From Spirochaetaceae bacterium (GTDB lineage: Bacteria > Spirochaetota > Spirochaetia > DSM-27196 > SKKC01), in NCBI GenBank assembly GCA_003554375.1, contig PWGF01000366.1, forward strand, positions 1 through 28,812: DNA of 28,812 nucleotides, read 5' to 3'. The translations under genes were made by a program, and so were the position numbers. Positions 22,718 through 28,812 of the stretch are shown here, in pieces (position 1 is the stretch's first letter; each line of letters starts with the position of its first letter). Under the pieces are notes generated by a model that worked only from the letters and a program-made list of their open reading frames with translations, did not search any database and had not been told where the DNA came from.

Positions 22718-24559
22718 CTAGCCGGTCCACCGATAGCTCACGGACGGAATGATGTGGGTTTCGGTGTGCCTCCTGTCTGCCTCATTCTCGTAGTTCCGGA
22801 TATGGGTCACGTACAGCTCGAGACCGAAGCGCAACGGTGCCAGAGCGCGGTCACCTCCGTGGGCCCCCACGAGCGCAGCCGTCCCGACCGGACTCCCTTC
22901 GAGCATCAAGCTTGCCCGATGGCGGTACTCAGGCGTCCCGGTCGGGGAGAGGAGCCCCGCTTCCTCCTCGCCGATTCTATACTGCGTATCGAGATTGCGC
23001 TCCCCGGACGCAATCAGGCGGTAGTCGAGTTCCACGTCCAGAGCTTCTCCCGCGCGGTACGAGATTCCCGCTCCGCCCACTGCAGAGTCGTTGCCATACC
23101 GGTAGCCGAGCGGCTGCGTGATTACCTGCCGCCCGTCGACCCGCGACTCAAGCCTGCGGCGGTAGTGGAAGCTGACATACGGATTCTCTCGCACGTAGAA
23201 CCACGGGCTCATGTAGGCGCCTTCGATGTAGCCGCCGAGGTACCCGATACCCACAGGATACGACACAGCCGCACCCGCGAGGCTTCCCCACGCCTCCGGG
23301 ATGTCGTCGCTTCGCCACGGAGCAGGGAACTGGTTCATCCCGTATTCGGCATACAGCTGAACGCCCCGGACCGGCGTTACAACCGCTTCGAGCCCCAAGA
23401 AAGCCGCCGAGTATTCCCATTCCATCCGGTTGTGCAAGATGAAAAACGGGTTGAAGAGACGCAGGTCCGGCCGCTGTAACCCGTACATGATTCCCTCGGT
23501 GAGCGCGATCCGCGCCCGCTCGGCCACGTTTACCTCGAACCGATGAAAAAAGAGCGTCTTTGCCCGTTCGTCAAAGCGTTTGGGGTCCGGCCGCGACCAC
23601 TCGGTGTAGAACCCATCGTCGATATCGTCATAGTCGTCGTCGTCCGCCTCCAGCCGCTCCTTCTCCTCGGAGGGGAGCCATGGATCCTGGGGCGCGATGA
23701 GCGAGGTATAGCGAAATCGATCGTTGCCGAAGGAGGCGCGCACATACTCATGGAAGTCAGGCTCGGCCGACAGTGCCACGGTGCCCGTTCGTCCTGCCCC
23801 CCATCCAAAACGATCGCGGCCGAGCTCCACGGCCCAGCCCTCGCCTCCAAGCAATGCGAACGACCGGTTTGGAATCTGATTCTCCATCTGGTCCAGCTCT
23901 AGCGGCACATTCAACGGGTTGCCGGTTTCTTCCGGAGTGAATCGATCGGTGATCAGGTCGAGATCGACCCTGCCGTAGAACGAACGGTGGAGGAGGAACT
24001 CCACCGGTACCGCAAGAAAAGGCCGCCGCTCCGCCACGCGGTGTTGAAAATCCGGATCGTCGGCTCCAGGACTGAGGTAGAGCTCGGCGGTGCTCTCCGC
24101 GGCCCCGCGGATATGAAGCTCACCGGCCCCAGCCCGCTCCGAGCCGGCTTCATTCACGTAGCCACGGATCCGATCGTAGGCCTCACGACCTGCACGCGAC
24201 AGCTTCTCCCGGCGTACCGGCTCCAATTGCTCCAGCACGTCCCACCCGGTGAACCGTCCGGAAGTCCACGGCACCGAGAGTCCCTGCTCCATCCGCACTG
24301 CTTCCAGATCGCGGTAAACCGGATGGTCGTACGGAAAAACCGCGCTCCGGTTCACCGGCGACGCGCCACTCTGCCCGGACTCCTCCAAGCCGGGGCCGCG
24401 CCCGCCGACTCCCTCCCCCTCAGCCCACGCAGGCACCGCCGTGCTACTGAAGAGCAGGACGAGCGTAAGCGCCGAAACCACAACTCCCGGACGCCGCCTA
24501 CGCGCAGGCCCCGGCGGAATAGCCGAAACCCGACAGCACTTGCCTTTCATTGCCATCAC
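22718..24559 (-). CDS. Outer-membrane protein, probable beta-barrel (possibly Wzi/capsule-assembly-like); family uncertain
   Basis: A signal peptide ends in AVPAWA. The 613-aa protein has alternating aromatic/Gly-rich beta-strand-like segments in the C-terminal half (GIGYLGGYIEGAYMSPWFYV, GAGISYRAGEALDVELDYRL). No domain is confidently recognised. Confidence 0.5.
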   Translation of the reverse strand: MMAMKGKCCRVSAIPPGPARRRRPGVVVSALTLVLLFSSTAVPAWAEGEGVGGRGPGLEESGQSGASPVNRSAVFPYDHPVYRDLEAVRMEQGLSVPWTSGRFTGWDVLEQLEPVRREKLSRAGREAYDRIRGYVNEAGSERAGAGELHIRGAAESTAELYLSPGADDPDFQHRVAERRPFLAVPVEFLLHRSFYGRVDLDLITDRFTPEETGNPLNVPLELDQMENQIPNRSFALLGGEGWAVELGRDRFGWGAGRTGTVALSAEPDFHEYVRASFGNDRFRYTSLIAPQDPWLPSEEKERLEADDDDYDDIDDGFYTEWSRPDPKRFDERAKTLFFHRFEVNVAERARIALTEGIMYGLQRPDLRLFNPFFILHNRMEWEYSAAFLGLEAVVTPVRGVQLYAEYGMNQFPAPWRSDDIPEAWGSLAGAAVSYPVGIGYLGGYIEGAYMSPWFYVRENPYVSFHYRRRLESRVDGRQVITQPLGYRYGNDSAVGGAGISYRAGEALDVELDYRLIASGERNLDTQYRIGEEEAGLLSPTGTPEYRHRASLMLEGSPVGTAALVGAHGGDRALAPLRFGLELYVTHIRNYENEADRRHTETHIIPSVSYRWTG

Positions 24560-24625
24560 TCTCCCTTCGCCCGCGCCGAATGAGCCAAGGATCGTCGGCG
24601 ACTTGCCGGGGAGCGATCCGCTCGC

Positions 24626-25603
24626 TTACCGCCCCCGGCCGCCCGCGGCGAAGCTCACGTCGGAGCCGCTCGCCCATGCATCATCCGGCCGCGCGCCGAT
24701 GAGACGAAGATACTGTAGCGTACGACGGACGCCGGCCACCTGGTCCGCCGTGGGCTCATACTCGATGTACCAGACCCCGTCATAGTCACACGCCTCGAAG
24801 ACGGCCGTCCAGTCGAACGGGATGTCCCCTACAGCCGCGGGAAGACAGGATCCGTCCGGGTTGACCGTCCACTCTTTGAGATGCGCGTGTACGATGCGCT
24901 CGGCCAACAAGTGGCAGTATTCGACCAACGGCAGCGCCGAAAGCGGCCGGAGGTTCGCCGGATCGAAGGTGAAGCCGAGCGCGGCGGGTGTCCCACGCAC
25001 CAGCCGCTCGAGGGCGTGCGGCTGCGTGGTCACGGTATGGAGATGCAGCCTTCCCTGGAGCGTCGAAGCGAAGGCGGGCTGCGTTTCCACTCCGAGGCGG
25101 ATACCGAGCGCGGCTGCGCGCTCCGTAAGAGCACCGAGAGCGTAAAGTAGCCGCCGCCAGATCTCCTCATCTACTTCCGCGACCGGCATGAGTCCGGCGA
25201 AGATGCGAGCCACCGTACAGCCGCACAGGCTTGCCACCTGCAACGCGCGTTCCGCCCGCTCCAACCGTTCCCGCAGCTCTTGCCAGTCGCGCACGCAGAA
25301 GTCCGTATCCAAGGCTGCAGCGGGAGTCGTCACCCGTGCCTTCTCCGATTCCCAGCGCAGCGTTTCGACCTCATGGCGCCCGCGCTCCACGTCGGCCGGC
25401 AGTGCACGCGCATGTGTCCCGATCCCCACTTCGAGGCGCGTAAGTCCTAACCTCCGGATCAGAGCGGGATGGTCGTTTCGGGGCCGCTCCCGCAGCCCCC
25501 ACTCGGCGAGCCCCAGGGGTAGATAGTCCATTACTCGCCATACTACGTCCCAACGCGCCGCAAAGCAATCGTATGGAGCATATGGATGGTCCAGGGTCCC
25601 CAA
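24626..25603 (-). CDS. Sugar-phosphate isomerase/epimerase (xylose-isomerase-like TIM barrel)
   Basis: Typical family segments are present: LGIRLGVE, FTFDPANL and HAHLKEW, in a protein of 325 aa. It is probably co-transcribed with the downstream OMP gene across a 66-bp gap. Confidence 0.65.
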   Translation of the reverse strand: MGTLDHPYAPYDCFAARWDVVWRVMDYLPLGLAEWGLRERPRNDHPALIRRLGLTRLEVGIGTHARALPADVERGRHEVETLRWESEKARVTTPAAALDTDFCVRDWQELRERLERAERALQVASLCGCTVARIFAGLMPVAEVDEEIWRRLLYALGALTERAAALGIRLGVETQPAFASTLQGRLHLHTVTTQPHALERLVRGTPAALGFTFDPANLRPLSALPLVEYCHLLAERIVHAHLKEWTVNPDGSCLPAAVGDIPFDWTAVFEACDYDGVWYIEYEPTADQVAGVRRTLQYLRLIGARPDDAWASGSDVSFAAGGRGR

Positions 25604-25630
25604 AAACCCGCATAATCGGTGAAACTGCTA

Positions 25631-25659
25631 TTGACGGGCCGACAAAAATGGGCTATATT
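25631..25659 (+). promoter_or_regulatory. Sigma70-like promoter of the YtrA-SPFH-ABC operon
   Basis: A -35 TTGACG at 25631-25636 and a -10 TATATT at 25654-25659 are separated by a 17-bp spacer. Confidence 0.5.
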
Positions 25660-25663
25660 GCTG

Positions 25664-25685
25664 GTGTACTAATTCGCTAATACAC
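25664..25685 (+). promoter_or_regulatory. Candidate GntR/YtrA operator (GT..AC inverted repeat) overlapping the transcription start region
   Basis: GTGTACTAAT-TCGC-TAATACAC is an imperfect inverted repeat with 7 of 9 half-site matches. It conforms to the GntR-family GT-N-AC rule and lies immediately downstream of the -10. Confidence 0.4.
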
Positions 25686-25700
25686 TGGAGAACTGAAACA

Positions 25701-26129
25701 GTGAATGTTGGCGTCAGCGAGTCATCCATGGCCGATAAGAGCAAGACAATAAACATAGCTTTGGACCCCACCAGCGGAATCCCATTCTACCGCCAGATCA
25801 TCCTTCAAATCGAGATGGCCATGGCGGACGGCCGCCTCAAGCCGGGAAACCAGCTTCCCACGGTCCGCGGCCTCGCCGTGGAGCTCAGGGTCAACCCCAA
25901 CACGGTCGCACGTGCCTATAACGAGCTCGAAATCCGGGGGCTCGTAAGTAGCCAGCACGGGACCGGAACCTTCATAAGCGACCGGGAGGTAGAGATGTCG
26001 GAGGTCGAGCGAGAAGAGGTACTCTCCCAACTCGTACGCGGTTTCGTCAGTCAAGCGGCATCGTACGGTTTCACCGTAGATGACATTATACGTTATCTGA
26101 CCGACTACCATGAGGAGGGCAGGAAATGA
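25701..26129 (+). CDS. GntR-family transcriptional regulator, YtrA subfamily (short C-terminal domain)
   Basis: It has the winged HTH FYRQIILQIEMAMADGRLKPGNQLPTVRGLAVELRVNPNTVARAYNELEIRGLV. The most likely start is ATG 25728, although the track uses GTG 25701. Its stop overlaps the next gene's start (ATGA at 26126-26129). Confidence 0.8.
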   Translation: MNVGVSESSMADKSKTINIALDPTSGIPFYRQIILQIEMAMADGRLKPGNQLPTVRGLAVELRVNPNTVARAYNELEIRGLVSSQHGTGTFISDREVEMSEVEREEVLSQLVRGFVSQAASYGFTVDDIIRYLTDYHEEGRK

Positions 26130-27535
26130 AGCGGCCCGATCTTTCCGGCTTTGCCAACGAGCAGCTACGGCGATTCCATATCCCCCGTCAGTTCGAGTTC
26201 ACGACGCTCTCCGGGCTGGTCGTCGTGGTCTTCTTGGCTTTGGCCGTGGGGCTTCAATACGTCCTCGGGATACCGCCGTCCGCCGTGGACGCGGCGCTTC
26301 TGGCCGGGCTGGTAATCGCAGCGGGCCTTGTGCTGCTGATCGTGCCGGTGTGGCCCATGGTATTGGCGTTGATTGTCGGCGTATCCGCGGGTGCCGTCAG
26401 CTTCGCCTACGGCGCTATCGGTCCCGCGCTGGGCGTTGTTGCGCTGGGCTTCCTTTTTGCCCCGTCGGTCCAGATTGTGAAGCACTGGCAGCAGGCGGTG
26501 GTTCTGCGCCTGGGGCGCTTCAAACGAGTGGCAGGCCCGGGGCCCCACTTCCTTATCCCAATTATGGACACCATCGTCCAGCTCGTGGACATGCGAATTC
26601 GCGTGACGGATTTCTCGGCCGAGAAGTCCATCACCAAGGACACCGTTCCGGTCCACGTGGACGCGTTGGCGTTCTGGATGGTCTGGGACGCCGAGAAGAC
26701 CGTGCTGGAGGTACAGCACTACTTCGACGCGGTGCGCCTCTCTGCGACTACCGCGCTTCGCGACACGATCGGCAAGAACGACCTCGCCACGCTCTTGAGC
26801 GAACGCGAGGAGCTCGGCCGGCAGATCCAGCAGGTCCTGGACGCAAAGACCAGCTCGTGGGGCATTACGGTGCTCTCCGTGGAGTTCAAGGAGATCCTGA
26901 TACCTAAACAGCTGGAAGACGCGCTGAGTAAGCAAGCACAAGCCAGCCGGGAACGGCAGTCGCGCGTCATTCTCAGCTCGGCAGAGGTGGAGATCTCGGA
27001 GAAGTTCGAACAGGCCGCGGAGCGGTACCGGGAGAATCCGACCGCGTTCCAGCTCCGCGCCATGAATATGGTGTACGACGCCGTGCGCACCAACAAGAAC
27101 ATGGTCATCGTGCCGAGCTCGGCGCTGGACTCCATGGGGCTGGGAACCACGCTCGGGGCAGCTGCTCTTCAGCGCACCATCGGCCAAGAGCCTCCGGCCG
27201 GGACGGGACAGCCTCCGGCCGGGACGGAGGACGGCGACGAGGAATCGAGCTCCGCCGGGGATTCGGACGCCGATGCCGGCGGCGGGACGCGATCGAACCG
27301 GCAATCGGAACGCCAAGGGGCGCCGTATGCCTCGAGCGGCGAAGCCGCCGACGAGCCGTACGGTCCCTATTCGTCCTCGACCGAAACCCCGGAAGATTCC
27401 GAAAGCTCGGATCGAGGCGGGCCGGGCCGGACCGCAGCCGAGACCTCAAAGCACGACCGCACGAAACGGGGGCACACCGGAGCCGAGTCGGAAGCTTCGG
27501 CGCCCGAAGAGAACCTTGGAGCACTTGAATCATAA
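26126..27535 (+). CDS. SPFH/Band-7 (stomatin/prohibitin-like) membrane protein with an N-terminal multi-TM region and an acidic disordered C-terminal tail
   Basis: Three N-terminal hydrophobic helices precede the SPFH core (VVLRLGRFKRVAGPGPHFLIPIMDTIVQLVDMRIRV...WGITVLSVEFKEI), then a coiled-coil region. A Gly/Ser/Asp/Glu-rich tail of about 120 aa follows, containing the tandem repeat GQEPPAGTGQPPAGT. Confidence 0.8.
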   Translation: MKRPDLSGFANEQLRRFHIPRQFEFTTLSGLVVVVFLALAVGLQYVLGIPPSAVDAALLAGLVIAAGLVLLIVPVWPMVLALIVGVSAGAVSFAYGAIGPALGVVALGFLFAPSVQIVKHWQQAVVLRLGRFKRVAGPGPHFLIPIMDTIVQLVDMRIRVTDFSAEKSITKDTVPVHVDALAFWMVWDAEKTVLEVQHYFDAVRLSATTALRDTIGKNDLATLLSEREELGRQIQQVLDAKTSSWGITVLSVEFKEILIPKQLEDALSKQAQASRERQSRVILSSAEVEISEKFEQAAERYRENPTAFQLRAMNMVYDAVRTNKNMVIVPSSALDSMGLGTTLGAAALQRTIGQEPPAGTGQPPAGTEDGDEESSSAGDSDADAGGGTRSNRQSERQGAPYASSGEAADEPYGPYSSSTETPEDSESSDRGGPGRTAAETSKHDRTKRGHTGAESEASAPEENLGALES

Positions 27536-27549
27536 GAGGAGAAGGATCG

Positions 27550-28245
27550 ATGATTAGCATACAGGACGTTCACAAAGAGTACATCGACGGCGAGACGCAC
27601 GTTCACGCACTGCGCGGCGTTAGCATGGAGATCGAGCAAGGGGAGTTCCTCTCGATTGCCGGGCCCTCCGGCTCCGGAAAGACCACGCTTCTCAACATCA
27701 TCGGCTGCATCGATACGGCGGACTCAGGCGACGTCGAGGTCGACGGGGAGCGTCTCTCCAGCCGGACCTTCAAGGAGCTCGTCGAGATCCGCCGAAACAA
27801 GATCGGCTTCGTCTTCCAGAACTTCAACCTCATCCCGGTGCTTACCGCCTACGAAAACGTAGCCATGGCGCTTTCGCTTCTGGGCCTCCCGGAAGAGGAG
27901 ATTCGCGAGCGCACCATGAGCATCCTCGGGGAAGTCGGCCTAGAGGGGATGGAGCACCGGCGCCCGGCAAAGCTCTCCGGCGGGCAACAGCAGCGGGTCG
28001 CTGTCGCGCGTTCGCTCGTAAAGGAACCGCGGATCGTCCTTGCCGACGAGCCAACGGCCAATCTGGACTCGGTAACGGGCGAGGCCATCCTCAAGCTCAT
28101 GAAGGACATGAACCGCAGCCACGGAACCACGTTCGTCTTCTCCACCCACGACCAGATGGTAATGGACTATGCGGATCGTCTGTGCCGGCTCCATGACGGT
28201 CTAGTCGAGAGCGATGAGCGCCAGGTGGCACACCAGACCGTGTAG
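27550..28245 (+). CDS. ABC transporter ATP-binding protein, LolD/MacB/FtsE type
   Basis: It has Walker A (GPSGSGKTT), the signature LSGGQQQRVAVARSL, and Walker B (ILADEPTANLD). SD AGAGGAGAAGGA precedes the ATG. Confidence 0.9.
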   Translation: MISIQDVHKEYIDGETHVHALRGVSMEIEQGEFLSIAGPSGSGKTTLLNIIGCIDTADSGDVEVDGERLSSRTFKELVEIRRNKIGFVFQNFNLIPVLTAYENVAMALSLLGLPEEEIRERTMSILGEVGLEGMEHRRPAKLSGGQQQRVAVARSLVKEPRIVLADEPTANLDSVTGEAILKLMKDMNRSHGTTFVFSTHDQMVMDYADRLCRLHDGLVESDERQVAHQTV

Positions 28246-28272
28246 AGGCCGGCACTATCGGAGGACTACGTC

Positions 28273-28812
28273 ATGAAACGAAAACCCGACCTCCCTCGCC
28301 ACGGGCAGAATACTCAGCCGGAAGCGGAGCGGACCTCCCAGAGCGCCGGCAAACACACGGAGGGCACCGAACCGCGTAGGCCTGGGCGCCGGCGGGCATC
28401 TGCAAGGTTCTTCCTTCGGCTGGCACTCAAGAATCTCTCGCGCTACCGGCGCCGTACCGCCGTCACCGCAACCGCCATTGCGATGGGAGTTGCGGCGTTC
28501 GTCGCCATGGACTCGCTTCTGGTCGGCTTCGGCAACGAAGGTGAGCGAAATCTGGCGAATTACGAGGTGGGGAGCGCCGCCATCGCCGCACCGGGCTACT
28601 GGGACGATCGCGACCGCTTTCCGCTGGATAATCCGGTGGAGCGTCCGGAAGAGTTTCTGGCGGAGCTCGACAACGCAGGTATCCCGGCGGCTCCTCGGAC
28701 TTCGTTCCGGGGGGAGGTGATCGTTCGCTACGACCCGTACCCGGAGGACGGCTCGTCCCCGGCAACCTTTCACGGAATCGATCCGGAACGAGATCCGGCG
28801 GTATTCAACTTC
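28273..28812 (+). CDS. ABC transporter permease, FtsX/MacB-like (partial, continues past the window end)
   Basis: SD GGAGG at 28260-28264 precedes ATG 28273, and the frame is open to the window edge. A canonical FtsX-type N-terminus (LALKNLSRYRRRTAVTATAIAMGVAAFVAMDSLLVGFGNEGERNL) follows an about 40-aa basic extension. The ORF track does not list it because there is no stop inside the window. Confidence 0.8.
   Translation, partial: MKRKPDLPRHGQNTQPEAERTSQSAGKHTEGTEPRRPGRRRASARFFLRLALKNLSRYRRRTAVTATAIAMGVAAFVAMDSLLVGFGNEGERNLANYEVGSAAIAAPGYWDDRDRFPLDNPVERPEEFLAELDNAGIPAAPRTSFRGEVIVRYDPYPEDGSSPATFHGIDPERDPAVFNF

Overview
This 28.8-kb window is a high-GC (roughly 65%) bacterial chromosomal segment with about 27 protein-coding genes packed on both strands. 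I found no rRNA or tRNA genes, no transposase or integrase, and no CRISPR array. Many predicted proteins are strongly acidic, for example a MalE-like binding protein with far more D/E than K/R, several D/E-rich secreted proteins and acidic tails. That pattern suggests a salt-in halophile such as a Salinibacter-like member of the Rhodothermia/Bacteroidota, but this is inference only.

Gene content in order:
- A partial membrane protein on the minus strand, then an RluA-family pseudouridine synthase.
- A MalE/MalF/MalG-like CUT1 sugar ABC uptake locus followed by its LacI-family regulator, with no ATPase gene.
- A HAD hydrolase, a membrane-anchored TlpA-like thioredoxin, a small YjfB-like protein and a class-3 lipase-like lipoprotein.
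- A threonine aldolase.
- A minus-strand cluster: CPBP intramembrane protease, DUF368 membrane protein, PabB-like and PabC-like enzymes.
- Two acidic secreted proteins with no recognisable domains.
- A second minus-strand cluster: CPBP protease, secreted carbon-nitrogen hydrolase and a CBS-domain family-II inorganic pyrophosphatase.
- A YeiH-family membrane protein, an outer-membrane protein, a TIM-barrel sugar-phosphate isomerase/epimerase.
- A translationally coupled operon: YtrA-type GntR regulator, multi-TM SPFH/stomatin-like protein, MacB/LolD-type ABC ATPase and an FtsX-like permease running off the window.

The non-coding signals I rate highest are:
- a nested, mutually exclusive RNA-helix element between the sugar permease and the LacI gene;
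- tandem LacI-type palindromic operators upstream of the binding-protein gene;
- a REP/MITE-like GC-rich palindromic insert bracketed by about 23-bp direct repeats between pabB and pabC;
- a promoter plus a GT..AC inverted-repeat operator upstream of the YtrA-type regulator;
- repeats and a promoter in the long 5' region of the YeiH-family gene.

Nothing here is a recognisable defence or mobile system. The best candidates for a less-described module are the YtrA-SPFH-ABC operon and the two CPBP-protease-led gene clusters.
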